DNA of 64,000 nt from Peptococcaceae bacterium. GTDB lineage: Bacteria; Bacillota; Dehalobacteriia; UBA4068; UBA4997. The notes under the pieces were generated by a model, which saw only the letters and a list, made by a program, of their open reading frames with translations, was not told where the DNA came from and searched no databases. How positions within the stretch are numbered: the first letter of the stretch is position 1; every line of letters begins with the position of its first letter. The translations under genes were made by a program, and so were the position numbers. Below, one piece after another: positions 45,336 through 55,906 of this stretch. The DNA lies in assembly GCA_022797295.1 (NCBI GenBank), contig JAAWKH010000004.1:3888-67887 (forward strand), in the 5' to 3' direction.

Positions 45336-46682
45336 ATGAAGGTAATAATTGTGGGAGCTGGCAAGGTTGGTTTCAGCATTGCCGAAACCTTGTCCAACAA
45401 GGATATTGAGGTGGTGGTGATTGACACCGACCCCGAGCGTTTGCAGACAGTGCAGGAATATTTGGATGTGCAGGTGATGTTGGGCAACGGAGCGGCGATG
45501 TCGGTGCAGGAAAAGGCGGGCATTGCCGGCAGCGACCTGCTGATTGCCGTGACGGAGCTGGATGAAATTAATATGATGACCTGTTTTGTCGCCAAATCAT
45601 ATGGGGTGAAAAGTACTATTGCCCGTGTGCGTAAGCGGGAATATAGCGAGTTGGCCAAATCAGAGCGGCAGGAGCAGTTGGGCATTGACCTGATTATTAA
45701 CCCTGAATTGCTGGCCGCTCAGGAGCTGGGCAAGCTGGTGCTGCACCCGGAGGCGCACGAGGTGGAATATTACGCCGACGGCCAGGTGGTGATGTTGGGA
45801 CTGAAGCTGGAGGACGACAGCAAAATTCTTAACTGCCGGCTGCGAGACGTGCATTTTCCGCATCCCTGCGTGGTGGTGGGCGTTATTCGGGGCGAGCAGA
45901 TGATTGTGCCCAATGGCGACACCCAAATTTTGCCTAAGGATGAAATTTTTCTACTTTCAGACGTCAAGGATATGCTTTCGTTGGAAATCTTTTTGGGGGC
46001 CCGCAAAAGGGCCATTAACAATGTGGCTGTGTTTGGCGGCGGCTTGCTTTCCTTTTATCTTTGTCAGATTTTTGAGTCCAAGCACCGGCGTATTAATGTG
46101 AAGCTGTTTGAGGAGAACCCTGAAATCTGCCAGGATTTGAACGAGGCCCTAAGCCGCACGGTGGTTATCAACGGTTCTGGCCGGGATATGGATTTGATGG
46201 AAGATGAAAATATCGCCGATATGGACGTGGTGCTGGCGGTGAACGATGATGACGAGGCTAATGTTCTGATTTCAATGATTGCCAAGCACGTGGGGGCCCG
46301 TAAGGTTATTTCTCAAATTCGCCGCTCCGATTATGTGAATATGATTGAAAATTTTGGCATTGACAAGGCCGTAAGCCCGCGCAGCCTGATGGTGGCGGCT
46401 ATTTTGCGTTTTATCAACCGAGGCAGTGTGTTAAATTTGAAGCTGTTGCAGAATGATATGGCTCAGATGAATGAGTGTGTGCTGCCGAAAACCAGCAAGC
46501 TGGCCAACAAAGCCTTAAAGCAGCTGCGTTTTCCTGAGCAATCCATTGTGGGATTGATTGTGCGCAACGGAGATATTATTATTCCCGGCGGTGAAGTTAG
46601 ACTGTTGCCGGGGGATAATCTGTTGACCTTTTCCGCGACGGCTTCCGCTCAGACGGTGATGGATTATCTGGCGCAGGGCTGA
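45336..46682 (+). CDS. trkA: Trk potassium uptake system, NAD-binding peripheral subunit TrkA.
   Basis: MKVIIVGAGKVGFSIAETL, plus a second Rossmann/RCK repeat (VAVFGGGLLSFYL). Confidence 0.92.
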   Translation: MKVIIVGAGKVGFSIAETLSNKDIEVVVIDTDPERLQTVQEYLDVQVMLGNGAAMSVQEKAGIAGSDLLIAVTELDEINMMTCFVAKSYGVKSTIARVRKREYSELAKSERQEQLGIDLIINPELLAAQELGKLVLHPEAHEVEYYADGQVVMLGLKLEDDSKILNCRLRDVHFPHPCVVVGVIRGEQMIVPNGDTQILPKDEIFLLSDVKDMLSLEIFLGARKRAINNVAVFGGGLLSFYLCQIFESKHRRINVKLFEENPEICQDLNEALSRTVVINGSGRDMDLMEDENIADMDVVLAVNDDDEANVLISMIAKHVGARKVISQIRRSDYVNMIENFGIDKAVSPRSLMVAAILRFINRGSVLNLKLLQNDMAQMNECVLPKTSKLANKALKQLRFPEQSIVGLIVRNGDIIIPGGEVRLLPGDNLLTFSATASAQTVMDYLAQG

Positions 46683-46716
46683 GTTGTTGGCTGAACTTTG
46701 AAATAGGGAGATTAGC

Positions 46717-48171
46717 ATGCGTTTTGGCGTTGTACTTTACAATTTAGGTAAAATTTGCTTGGTGCTGGCGGCGGCCATGGTGTTGCCAATGACCTTTGAG
46801 TTGGTGAAACGGGAAGCCGTGATGGGCGCTTTGCTTTCGGCGCAACTGGTGATGTTGGGCTTGGGCGGCGGGCTTTTGCTGTTGTTTAAGAAAGACAGCA
46901 AAACGCCTCTGCGCAATCGGGAAAGCTGCGGCATTGCCACCTTTGCCTGGTTGCTGGCCGGCGCTTTGGGTGCGTTGCCGTATATTTTTAGCCACACCTG
47001 TAGCCCGGTGGACGCTTTTTTTGAAAGCCTTTCCGGTTTTACCACCACCGGCTCCTCCATTTTGCCGGATTTGGAGGCTTTGCCCTCTGGTATTTTAATT
47101 TGGCGCGGTCTGACGCACTGGCTGGGCGGTATGGGTATTGTGGTGCTGCTGGCGGCTTTGGCTTCCGGCAACGCGGCCAACAAAATGTATAAGGCGGAGG
47201 CGCCCGGCAATGCCCTGACGGAAAAGCTGGCCCCTAAAAGCGACGATATGGCTCAAATTCTTTGGATGACCTATGTTGGTATTTCCGCTTTGCTGTTGGT
47301 TTTGCTGATGTTGAGCGGGCTGAACTTTGTGGACGCTCTTTGCCACACATTTGGCACGGTTTCCACCGGCGGTTTTTCCAGCCGCAACGCCAGTATGGCT
47401 GCTTTTGACGATAACGCCGTGGCGCAATGGCTGGTGGTGCTGTTTATGGCTCTTTCCGGCACCAATTTGGCTTTTTATTATCTGCTGTTTTTCAAACGGC
47501 GCAATTACTTTTGGCGCAGTGAGGAATTTCGGGTTTATATCTGCATTATTTTGCTGGCTTCCGTGGCGGTAACCTGTTCCTTACTTTATAACAATTATTA
47601 TCCAGACCGTACGCTGGAATATAACATCAGGCAAGCCTCTTTTCAGGTGGTGAACATAATGACCACCACCGGTTTTTACTCAGCGGATTATGACCTCTGG
47701 CCATCATTTTGTCGCGTAGTATTGTTTTGTCTGTACTTTTTGGGCGGCTGTGCGGGCAGCACTTCCGGTTCGGTTAAAATTAGCCGTTGGATTATCACAG
47801 TGAAAAGCTGCTTTGCCAATCTGAACAAAACATTGCAGCCGCGGCTGGTTTCTTCTGTTAAGCTGGATAAAAAAATTCTGCCGCAGGCCACTTTGAACAC
47901 CGTGCAGGTTTTTTTGCTGATATTTTTTCTGTTGGCTGGCTTGGGCACGTTGACTATGGCGGCGATGGGCCTTTCGCCATTCGAGGCTATTTCCGTTACG
48001 TTGGCGGCGTTGACCAACGTGGGCCCGGCTTTTGAAAGCTTTGGCCCAACCTGCAATTATACAAGCCTGCCGGCTTTTGCTAAAATGTTCTTGGCTTTTT
48101 ATATGCTGTTGGGCAGGCTGGAGTTGATGTCGGTATTAGTTATTTTCACAAGGGGGTTCTGGCGCAAATGA
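46717..48171 (+). CDS. trkH: Trk-type potassium transporter membrane subunit TrkH.
   Basis: Multiple TM segments with selectivity-filter-like SGFTTTGSS, TVSTGGFS, IMTTTGFY and GGCAGSTSGSVK. Confidence 0.92.
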   Translation: MRFGVVLYNLGKICLVLAAAMVLPMTFELVKREAVMGALLSAQLVMLGLGGGLLLLFKKDSKTPLRNRESCGIATFAWLLAGALGALPYIFSHTCSPVDAFFESLSGFTTTGSSILPDLEALPSGILIWRGLTHWLGGMGIVVLLAALASGNAANKMYKAEAPGNALTEKLAPKSDDMAQILWMTYVGISALLLVLLMLSGLNFVDALCHTFGTVSTGGFSSRNASMAAFDDNAVAQWLVVLFMALSGTNLAFYYLLFFKRRNYFWRSEEFRVYICIILLASVAVTCSLLYNNYYPDRTLEYNIRQASFQVVNIMTTTGFYSADYDLWPSFCRVVLFCLYFLGGCAGSTSGSVKISRWIITVKSCFANLNKTLQPRLVSSVKLDKKILPQATLNTVQVFLLIFFLLAGLGTLTMAAMGLSPFEAISVTLAALTNVGPAFESFGPTCNYTSLPAFAKMFLAFYMLLGRLELMSVLVIFTRGFWRK

Positions 48172-48956
48172 GCAAGGATATAAATCATAATATGGAGCCG
48201 GCTTTCACGCGCGCTTTGTATTTTGAAAACACCCAGGTGCCGGATTATTTGATAAACAATTATCAGGCTATTGGTCTTTCCGACCAGCAGTTTATTGATT
48301 TGCTGCGGGTTTTGGCCTGTCAGCAAAAGTTTTCAGCTTATGTGGAGCAGGACAAGCTGCTGGCCAAGTGGAACGGTCAGCAGGCGGAGATGAGCGCAGC
48401 CTTGGCGGCCTTGCAGCAGCAGGGGGTTTTAGAGCGGCTTGAGGATGTGCCGGGCGTGGTGTTCTCGTTGGCCGGGCTTTACAACAAGCTGCTGGAACTT
48501 TGGGTTTTTCAGCACAGCGTGCCGGCTGCTACTAATGCGGAGGTTGAGCCGGAGCCAGCTGCGGTTGATGAACGGGAGGTTATCCGGGCGGCTTATCAAC
48601 TTTTTGAGGGCGAATTTGCCCGGCCGCTTTCCCCGCTGGAGCTGGAGAAGTTGAATGCTTGGTTGATTGCCGACCGTTGGGATTTTGCCTTGCTGAAAGA
48701 GGCGATGCGCCGGGCGGTGTTGCATAACGCCTTAAATTTGGCTTATATTGACAAAATTTTGCTGCGTTGGAAGCGGGAGGGTATCACCAATATGGAGCAA
48801 TTACTGGCCAGCGAGGCTAATCAGGAAGCGGAAACATCGGCTGATAAAACGAACCGCCGCGCCAGACAAGCTCGCTCTTCTCGCGTTGCTCGTAATAAAC
48901 CGCAGGCGGCGGAACCGGGTTTTGCGGCGGAGGTGGATTACGCCCAATATTTTTAA
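48168..48956 (+). CDS. DnaD-domain protein (replication initiation / membrane attachment family).
   Basis: RPLSPLELEKLNAWLIADRWDFALLKEAMRRAVLHNALNLAYIDKILLRWKREGI. The start overlaps the trkH stop (atga). Confidence 0.8.
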   Translation: MSKDINHNMEPAFTRALYFENTQVPDYLINNYQAIGLSDQQFIDLLRVLACQQKFSAYVEQDKLLAKWNGQQAEMSAALAALQQQGVLERLEDVPGVVFSLAGLYNKLLELWVFQHSVPAATNAEVEPEPAAVDEREVIRAAYQLFEGEFARPLSPLELEKLNAWLIADRWDFALLKEAMRRAVLHNALNLAYIDKILLRWKREGITNMEQLLASEANQEAETSADKTNRRARQARSSRVARNKPQAAEPGFAAEVDYAQYF

Positions 48957-48965
48957 GCGAAGCAA

Positions 48966-50033
48966 CTAATAGAACCAGGGCATTTCCATATCCCGCGCTC
49001 CTTTCCACCAATGGTAAAACCAGTTGGCGACCGGCGCCAGAGAAGCCGCTAACGGTACGGCGATAATCATACCGGTGACGCCGAACCAGTAGCCGCCCAC
49101 CAGCACGGCGCAGATGATATACAGAGGGTGCAGGCGCACGGCTCCGGCCATAATCCGCGGCGAAATGACGATATTTTCCATTTGCTGCACCACCAGCCAG
49201 ATGGCCAGCATTTTGATAACGGCCAGTTTGCCTTGAACCAGCACCAAAAGCAGGCACGGCAGGAAGGCTAGCAGAGGCCCCAGGTAGGGTATCAGTTCTG
49301 CTACTGCCATAATCAGGCCCAGAGTGAAGCTGTAGTCGACGCCAAACAGCCAAAGCAGCAGATAAAACAGCAGGCCAACGCAGACGGCCACCAGCAGATA
49401 GCCGCGCACAAAACCGGTCAGCATTGCGTTCAGCTCAGCCAGCAGCGGTTTTAGGCGGCGGCAAAAATGGCTTGGCAGTTGCTCCTGCGCTAGCTTGGCA
49501 AATGTTTGCCGGTCTCGCAATAGGTAAAAGGCGAAAACCGGCGCAAAAATTAGCGTGGACAGGTTGCTGAACAGGGACGGCAGCAGTTTTAGGCTGCGCG
49601 TCAGCCAGTTGTATAGACCATCGCCAAGGCTTTGAATGAAATCGGCCATACAGTCGTCTACAAAAGCCGGCAGTTGCGGAAGCCCCAAGCGTTGCGGCAG
49701 GGCGGTGTGGCAATCCTGCCAAAGGCTGCGGCAGCTGGCCACGGTTTCGGGCAGTAATTGGCCAATGGCCGCCAAATCCCGCCAAAGCCGGGGCACGCCC
49801 CAACCAAGGATGGCTGCCAGCCCGCTGAACAGTGCGAGATAAACCAGCAAAATGGCCAGCCAGCTAGGCAATCGCCAGCTTTCCAGCTTTTTTACTGCCG
49901 GCAGCAAAATGTAGCACAAGGCAGCCGCCAGGCCCAGAGGTAGCAGCAAAGCCCGGCAAAGCAGCAGCAGGCTTAAAATCAGGGCGGCGTAAAAAAGCGC
50001 CCAGGCCAGTTTTTTTAGGCGAATTTTGGCCAT
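48966..50033 (-). CDS. AI-2E family (PerM/UPF0118) transporter.
   Basis: Eight or so hydrophobic segments. The C-terminal conserved region reads AVAELIPYLGPLLAFLP...QQMENIVISPRIMG-type. Confidence 0.85.
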   Translation of the reverse strand: MAKIRLKKLAWALFYAALILSLLLLCRALLLPLGLAAALCYILLPAVKKLESWRLPSWLAILLVYLALFSGLAAILGWGVPRLWRDLAAIGQLLPETVASCRSLWQDCHTALPQRLGLPQLPAFVDDCMADFIQSLGDGLYNWLTRSLKLLPSLFSNLSTLIFAPVFAFYLLRDRQTFAKLAQEQLPSHFCRRLKPLLAELNAMLTGFVRGYLLVAVCVGLLFYLLLWLFGVDYSFTLGLIMAVAELIPYLGPLLAFLPCLLLVLVQGKLAVIKMLAIWLVVQQMENIVISPRIMAGAVRLHPLYIICAVLVGGYWFGVTGMIIAVPLAASLAPVANWFYHWWKGARDMEMPWFY

Positions 50034-50116
50034 TCTAAAGCGTTGAACCTCCCGTTTAATTTTTTTAATTTTTTGGATGTAAGGCGGCCTTGTGGCCGCC
50101 TGTTGCCTTTGTTTTT

Positions 50117-50374
50117 TTAAGGCACCAGCCGGTTTATCCAGCGGCCGGTTTTAATCATTGCATTGCCGGTTTTGTGAGCCATCATACAAAATTCATCTGC
50201 AAATTCCTCGGTGACGTTGGAAACCGCGCCCATCATACGGCGGCTGCGCGCACCATGTCCGCTATGCAGACAACTGCTGGATTTGGGCATGCTCATTGCT
50301 CCAAGTGCGCTGAGCGTGCCCAGCCCTGCCACCACGGCGGCGCAAACCATTGCTTTGTTCATGCTTCTACTCAT
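50117..50374 (-). CDS. Hypothetical small protein with an N-terminal hydrophobic (signal-like) segment.
   Basis: RBS ggaggtg 6 nt before the ATG on the minus strand. The overlapping + strand ORF has no RBS. Confidence 0.55.
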   Translation of the reverse strand: MSRSMNKAMVCAAVVAGLGTLSALGAMSMPKSSSCLHSGHGARSRRMMGAVSNVTEEFADEFCMMAHKTGNAMIKTGRWINRLVP

Positions 50375-50549
50375 CTTGACACCTCCATTTTACATTGAAA
50401 CGTGGTTCAATTTTTATTATGCCGTGATTTTTAGATGTCTATTAAGCTAAAAAAGCGGAAAATGTGGAAAATTTTTGTAGACAAGTCCCCTTGCTTCTGT
50501 TAAAATAAATAGACTACAAAATCAGAAAAAAGCGAGGTTTAACAAGCGA

Positions 50550-51971
50550 ATGCCAGCTGATAAAATTATAGCTGAACAAACTGTTGAGCATACTATAAAA
50601 GAACGTAATTCAGATGAGCCTTTTGTTGACGCTGCCTATGCCAAGGCCCTGCATTTTTTGGCAGAACGCACAAAATTTGGTATAAACCTGGGTTTGCAGC
50701 GGATTGAAAAGCTGTTGGCTTTGTTGGGCAATCCGCACCGGCAAGGCGCGCCTAAATATATTCATGTTGGCGGCACCAACGGCAAGGGTTCGGTTTCAAT
50801 TATGCTGGCGGAGATTTTGCAGGCTTGCGGTTATAAAACCGGGCTTTTTACCTCGCCGCATTTACACTCCTACCGGGAGCGTTTTCGCTTGAACGGCCAG
50901 CCGTTGAGCAAGGCCGAGCTGGTGCACCAACTGGCAATTATTCAGCCGCTTCTGGACCAAATGGCGGCCGCCGGCGAGGAAGCGCCCACCGAGTTTGAAA
51001 TCAGCACGGCTCTGGCCTTGCATTATTTTACGGAGCAGCAGGCGGATTGGGCGGTTATTGAGGTTGGTATGGGCGGCGAGATTGACTCCACCAACGTTAT
51101 TCAACCGGAGCTGGCTGTGATTACCAATGTGGCGATGGATCATATGGCTTATTTGGGTGAAACCGTGGCGGAGATTGCGGCGGTGAAAGCCGGCATTATC
51201 AAGCCTGGCGTGCCAACCCTGACGGCGGCGCAGAACCAGGCGGCGTTAGCGGTTTTGCAAAAGAGGGCGGCGGTCAAGGATACGTCGCTTGAGCAGTTGG
51301 GCCGTGATTTTGCTTATCTGCCGCGCAAAGTTGCGGAAAGCGGCCAAATATTTGACTGGCAAAAATTGGCTGTGAATAATTCAGATGAAAATAATTTGGT
51401 TTACGCTGACTTGTCAATTCAGCTTTTGGGAGAGCACCAGCTGGCCAACGCTTCTTTGGCGGTGGCGGCCGCGGCAAAGCTTGATTTGCCTGAGGCGGCG
51501 GTGCGGCAAGGGTTGGCGGCGGCTCGCTGGCCTGGCCGTTTGGAAATTGTCAACCGTCAGCCGTTGACTGTTTTGGACGGTGCGCATAATGTGGCTGGTA
51601 TGCAGGCTTTAAGCGCCGCTTTGCAGCAATATTGGCCGGGGCGGCCGATTGTGGCGGTTTTGGGTATGCTGGCGGATAAGGAACGGGCGGAGGCGTTGCG
51701 TTTGCTGTTGCCTTTGGTGAGCCGGGCGGTTATTACTAAGGTGCCCAGCCCCAGGGCGGGCGATTGGCAGGCGTTGGCGGAAATCTGTCAGGAATTTGCC
51801 GTGCCTTGTCAGCTGGTCGAGTCGGTGCCGCAGGCGGTTGCGGCAGGCCGGCAGATATTGCAAAGCGATGAATTGAACGGTAAAGAGCCGTTGTTTTTGG
51901 TGACGGGTTCTTTGTATATGTTGGCGGAGGCGCGGGCCTATCTGCTGGGAATTGAACAGGAGAATTATTAA
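50550..51971 (+). CDS. folC: Bifunctional folylpolyglutamate synthase / dihydrofolate synthase.
   Basis: IHVGGTNGKGSVSIMLAEIL, FTSPHL, VIEVGMGG, LDGAHN. Confidence 0.92.
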   Translation: MPADKIIAEQTVEHTIKERNSDEPFVDAAYAKALHFLAERTKFGINLGLQRIEKLLALLGNPHRQGAPKYIHVGGTNGKGSVSIMLAEILQACGYKTGLFTSPHLHSYRERFRLNGQPLSKAELVHQLAIIQPLLDQMAAAGEEAPTEFEISTALALHYFTEQQADWAVIEVGMGGEIDSTNVIQPELAVITNVAMDHMAYLGETVAEIAAVKAGIIKPGVPTLTAAQNQAALAVLQKRAAVKDTSLEQLGRDFAYLPRKVAESGQIFDWQKLAVNNSDENNLVYADLSIQLLGEHQLANASLAVAAAAKLDLPEAAVRQGLAAARWPGRLEIVNRQPLTVLDGAHNVAGMQALSAALQQYWPGRPIVAVLGMLADKERAEALRLLLPLVSRAVITKVPSPRAGDWQALAEICQEFAVPCQLVESVPQAVAAGRQILQSDELNGKEPLFLVTGSLYMLAEARAYLLGIEQENY

Positions 51972-51972
51972 G

Positions 51973-52584
51973 ATGAGCATTAAGCTGATTTTGGCCTCAG
52001 CCTCGCCCCGGCGGCTGGATTTGCTGCGGCAGGCTGGTGTGGAGCCGGAAATTCAAGTGGCCGAGGTGGCGGAGCTGACAAACGAGCTGCCGCCGGCAGA
52101 GCTGGTGCAGGCCAACGCCAGGCTGAAAGCGGAGGCAGTGGCGGCTTTGCAGCCGCAAAATGGAGCGGAAGCCGCTGAGGTTTACATTGTGGCGGCGGAT
52201 ACGGTGGTGGCTTTGCAGCAGGCTGGCGCTTGGTGCATTTTTGGCAAGCCGGCGGACGCGGCGGAGGCCGGGCGGATGTTGCAGGCTTTGTCTGGCCGGG
52301 CGCACAGCGTTTTCACCGGGGTGGCGGTTTGGCATGCCGGGTTGTTGCAAAGCGGCGTGGCGGAAAGCCGGGTGCATTTTCGGGAGCTGGGAGCGGCGGA
52401 AATTGCCGCTTATGTGTCCGGCGGCGAGCCTTTGGATAAGGCTGGGGCTTATGCTATTCAAGGTGAGGCCGGTAAGTTTGTGCAGAAGCTGGTTGGCGAC
52501 GTGGATAATATCGTTGGTTTACCGTTGCGGTTGCTGTCTGAAATGTTGCCGGAGGGTGCTTTGCCTGGCTATTCGACAAATTAA
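51973..52584 (+). CDS. maf: Maf-like nucleoside-triphosphate pyrophosphatase (septum formation protein).
   Basis: ATG 51973 lies just after the folC stop. LILASASPRRLDLLRQAG, ADTVV, KAGAYAIQG. Confidence 0.9.
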   Translation: MSIKLILASASPRRLDLLRQAGVEPEIQVAEVAELTNELPPAELVQANARLKAEAVAALQPQNGAEAAEVYIVAADTVVALQQAGAWCIFGKPADAAEAGRMLQALSGRAHSVFTGVAVWHAGLLQSGVAESRVHFRELGAAEIAAYVSGGEPLDKAGAYAIQGEAGKFVQKLVGDVDNIVGLPLRLLSEMLPEGALPGYSTN

Positions 52585-52659
52585 GTGTTGAAAAACACAA
52601 TCTGAGGAAAAAAATAATAAAAAATTAATAAAAAAAAGCAGAAAAACCTGCCTAACCTG

Positions 52660-52689
52660 TTGTATTTAAGGGGGAAAATATACTATAAT
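52660..52689 (+). promoter_or_regulatory. Sigma-70-like promoter upstream of mreB.
   Basis: TTGTAT, an 18-nt spacer, then TATAAT. Confidence 0.4.
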
Positions 52690-52802
52690 ATAAGTTGGAC
52701 AGTTGCTTACAAAGCTGTTTGGAGATTGTTGAAGTGTAATGTTAAAGAAAAATGTTTTAAGAGTGAACAACAGGGACAGCGCCGAAGAAAGGGGCAGATG
52801 TT

Positions 52803-53813
52803 TTGTTTAATATAGACATTGGTATTGATTTGGGAACCGCTAACACGCTGGTTTATGTGAAAGGCCGCGACGCGATTACCACGGAGCCTTCCGTGGTGGC
52901 TATTGACAAGAACACCAAAAAGATTTTGGCCGTGGGCAATGAGGCCAAAAAGATGTTGGGCCGCACGCCCGGCAATATTATGGCTATCCGGCCGGTTAAA
53001 GACGGTGTGATTGCCGATTTTGACACCACGCAGAGTATGTTGAAGTATTTTATTGATAAGGCGATTAAAAACCGTTCGATTTTTTCTCGGCCGCGTATTG
53101 TGATTTGCGTGCCGTCAGGCGTTACCACCGTGGAGGAGCGAGCCATTCGGGAAGCCGCGCTGAACGCTGGGGCCAAGGAGGCTTACCTGATTGAGGAGCC
53201 TATGGCGGCGGCCATTGGCGCCGGGCTGCCGGTTATGGAGCCGGTGGGCAATATGATTGTGGATATTGGCGGCGGCACCACCGAGGTTGGCCTGATTTCT
53301 CTGGGCGGTTTGGTGACGGTTCATTCCGTGCGGGTGGCCGGTGATAAGATGGACGAGGCTATTGTTAACTATATCAAGAAGAATTTTAACCTGGCGATTG
53401 GCGAGCGCACGGCGGAGGAGATTAAAATTCAAATTGGCTCCGCTTATTTGGAGCGCGAGGAAATGGGCGAAACTTACTCCGTGCGCGGGCGGGATTTGAT
53501 GACCGGCCTGCCAAAAACTGTTACCATTACCACCGACCAGATTAATCAAGCCTTGGCGGAGCCGGTGGCGGCGATTATCGACGCAATTAAAATTTGTTTG
53601 GAAAAATCCCCGCCGGAGTTGGCGGCCGATATTATGGACCGCGGCATTGTGATGGCTGGCGGCGGCTCCTTGCTGCGCGGCCTGCCCAAGCTGGTTTCTA
53701 TGGAAACGCATATTATGGTGCATTTATCTGACCAAGCGCTGAACGCCGTGGTTTTGGGCACCAGCAAGGTGCTGGAAAATATCCATATTTTGGATAACGG
53801 TAATCGTAAGTGA
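52803..53813 (+). CDS. mreB: Rod shape-determining actin homologue MreB.
   Basis: [52 protein letters not shown]. Confidence 0.96.
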   Translation: MFNIDIGIDLGTANTLVYVKGRDAITTEPSVVAIDKNTKKILAVGNEAKKMLGRTPGNIMAIRPVKDGVIADFDTTQSMLKYFIDKAIKNRSIFSRPRIVICVPSGVTTVEERAIREAALNAGAKEAYLIEEPMAAAIGAGLPVMEPVGNMIVDIGGGTTEVGLISLGGLVTVHSVRVAGDKMDEAIVNYIKKNFNLAIGERTAEEIKIQIGSAYLEREEMGETYSVRGRDLMTGLPKTVTITTDQINQALAEPVAAIIDAIKICLEKSPPELAADIMDRGIVMAGGGSLLRGLPKLVSMETHIMVHLSDQALNAVVLGTSKVLENIHILDNGNRK

Positions 53814-53853
53814 TAGCTTTAAGGCGATTTTAGGTTGGAGGGTGTAGTTTTTT

Positions 53854-54690
53854 GTGACTCCTAATAGAAAGAGGCTTTTGATTGGCGGCATTGTTGTGGT
53901 GTTGCTGATTGGTGTGTTTTATCTGGCTAGCATAACCTCCACAGAGCGAGAAAATATTTCCAAGTTGGAGCAGATTTTGCAGGATTTTTTGGCGCCTATG
54001 CAAAAGGGGGCCAAGGCAATCGCCGCTAATATTGGCAACTGGGGCGCTTATCTGGAGGGCATTGACAATCTGCGGGCGGAAAATGAGGAGCTGCGCAAGG
54101 AGCTGAGCAATTTGCGGTTGCAGCTGGTGCAGATTGAGGAATATAAGCTGGAAAACGAACGTTTAAGCGAACTGTTGAATGTGGTGGATGATTACACAGC
54201 CAAATTTGATTATGTGACCACCTCTGTAATCAATCGGGAACCTAGCGAGTGGTACAAGCAGATGACTATCAACGGCGGCTCCAAGGATGGATTTGCGCCT
54301 GGTATGCCGGTGATTTGCGCTCAGGGTCTGGTTGGGCGAATTATCAGCACCTCTGAGTACAATTCCACGGTGTTGTTGCTGACTGACCGCAGCGGCGCGG
54401 TTAGCGCGATGGTGCAGAACACCAGAACGATTGGCGTGGTGGAGGGCGACGGTGAAACTGACAATTTGAGCATGATTCACGTGCCCTATGATGCGGAAAT
54501 TGAAAATTATCAGCAGGTTTTAACCTCCGGTTACGGCGGCATTTATCCGCAGGGCCTGCTGGTGGGCTATATTAACAATATCGACCTGCAAAGCGACGGC
54601 TTGATGTTGAATATTGACGTGCGCTCCTATGTGGATTTTGCCCACCTGGAGGAGGTCATCGTTCTGATGCCCAAAAACAGGCGCAATTAG
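53854..54690 (+). CDS. mreC: Rod shape-determining protein MreC.
   Basis: N-terminal TM segment, coiled coil (ENEELRKELSNLRLQL), GMPVICAQGLVGRI, TSGYGGIYPQGLLVG. Confidence 0.92.
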   Translation: MTPNRKRLLIGGIVVVLLIGVFYLASITSTERENISKLEQILQDFLAPMQKGAKAIAANIGNWGAYLEGIDNLRAENEELRKELSNLRLQLVQIEEYKLENERLSELLNVVDDYTAKFDYVTTSVINREPSEWYKQMTINGGSKDGFAPGMPVICAQGLVGRIISTSEYNSTVLLLTDRSGAVSAMVQNTRTIGVVEGDGETDNLSMIHVPYDAEIENYQQVLTSGYGGIYPQGLLVGYINNIDLQSDGLMLNIDVRSYVDFAHLEEVIVLMPKNRRN

Positions 54691-54705
54691 AATGGGAGGG
54701 CTTTT

Positions 54706-55224
54706 ATGATTAACTGGCGGCGTTGGCTGGTGCTGGTGGTTTTATACCTGGCGGCGTTTTTGCTGCAATATGGCGTGCTGAACAATTTGGGCTGGGGTGT
54801 TTTGTGCCCGCGGCTGTTGTTGTTCTTCCCGGTTTACGCCGGAGTGTTGCGGGGCGCTTTGCCGGGCCTGGGGCACGGGCTGTTTTGCGGCTTTTTGCAA
54901 GATTTGGTGGTGGGCCGCTTTTTGGGGTTAAATCTGTTGGTTTGGGGCTTCACCGGTTTTTTGTGCGGCCACTTTACCAAGGGCCTGTTTAAGGAGAATT
55001 ATCTGATTGCTGTGCTTTCGGTTTTTGCAGTGCATTTTGCCAACTGTTTGCTTTATGCTCTGCTGGCCGGCTTGCTTTCCGGCAGTTTTTTCTCGATGAC
55101 TTTCATCAGCAAGATTATCTTGGGCGGCGCTTTGGTGAACTGCTTTTTGGCGCCGATTATTTACGTACCGGTTTACCGCTCGCTGTTATATGGCTGGCTG
55201 CGGCCGCTGAAAAAGCAGGCTTAA
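54706..55224 (+). CDS. mreD: Rod shape-determining protein MreD.
   Basis: Polytopic 172-aa membrane protein immediately after mreC. RBS gggagg. Confidence 0.85.
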   Translation: MINWRRWLVLVVLYLAAFLLQYGVLNNLGWGVLCPRLLLFFPVYAGVLRGALPGLGHGLFCGFLQDLVVGRFLGLNLLVWGFTGFLCGHFTKGLFKENYLIAVLSVFAVHFANCLLYALLAGLLSGSFFSMTFISKIILGGALVNCFLAPIIYVPVYRSLLYGWLRPLKKQA

Positions 55225-55252
55225 ATCTTTATTATAATAGATGCTTATTAAT

Positions 55253-55291
55253 ATATTGGCGCTGAAATTGGCAAGCGCCAATATTTTTTTC
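55253..55291 (+). terminator. Intrinsic terminator of the mreBCD operon.
   Basis: atattggcgct (55253-55263) pairs with agcgccaatat (55274-55284), followed by ttttttt. Confidence 0.8.
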
Positions 55292-55320
55292 TTTAAGGGC
55301 AAAAAAATCTAAAAAAAAGC

Positions 55321-55349
55321 TTGTAATAGCGACTGTTTTTTGTTATAAT
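55321..55349 (+). promoter_or_regulatory. Sigma-70-like promoter (extended -10) for the ACT-hom-thrB-aspartokinase operon.
   Basis: TTGTAA, a 17-nt spacer ending TGt, then TATAAT. Confidence 0.55.
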
Positions 55350-55424
55350 AGCTGCTATACTCTGTATGCGCAGGGTGGATATTCTTCCGCAAGCTGCGGA
55401 CAAGTTGCAGAGAGGTTTGAATTT

Positions 55425-55880
55425 ATGAACAATAACCGAGAAGCTTACATTATTTATGATGATATTCTGCCAGAGGCTATTAAACGCACGGCTTTGGCCA
55501 AGCAGCTTTTGGCCAGAGGCGAGGCTCACAGTATTAATGAGGCGGTGAAAATGGCCAATATCAGCCGCAGTGTGTTTTATAAGTATAAGGATGGTATCTT
55601 TCCTTTTTATCAGCAGGAAACTTACCGGGTGGTGGTGTTGAACATTCGGATGGATAACTCGCCGGGGCGGTTGATGGCCGTTTTGGCAGTGTTGGCGGAC
55701 AATCACTGTAATATTCACACCTTAAATCAGGATATGCCGTTGGCCGGAATTGCCGCCGCCACTATCACAATGGAAATTTCGGAAAGCGAACTTTCCCTGG
55801 GCGGTTTGCTGGAGCAAATTCAGCAAATTCCCGGTATCATTTCGGCCAGCTATATTGGCGAGCTAAATAACAGATTATAA
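55425..55880 (+). CDS. ACT-domain protein (UPF0735/PheB-like).
   Basis: N-terminal HTH-like AHSINEAVKMANISRSVFYKYKD, then ACT VVVLNIRMDNSPGRLMAVLAVLADNHCNIHTLNQ. Confidence 0.85.
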   Translation: MNNNREAYIIYDDILPEAIKRTALAKQLLARGEAHSINEAVKMANISRSVFYKYKDGIFPFYQQETYRVVVLNIRMDNSPGRLMAVLAVLADNHCNIHTLNQDMPLAGIAAATITMEISESELSLGGLLEQIQQIPGIISASYIGELNNRL

Positions 55881-55906
55881 ATTTAATATGAAAGGTTGAT
55901 AATAAA

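Noticed and set aside
50090-50398. 102-aa + strand ORF overlapping the 85-aa minus-strand ORF.
   Set aside because: Only the minus-strand ORF has a proper RBS (ggaggtg, 6 nt) and a signal-like N-terminus. The + strand ORF has none.
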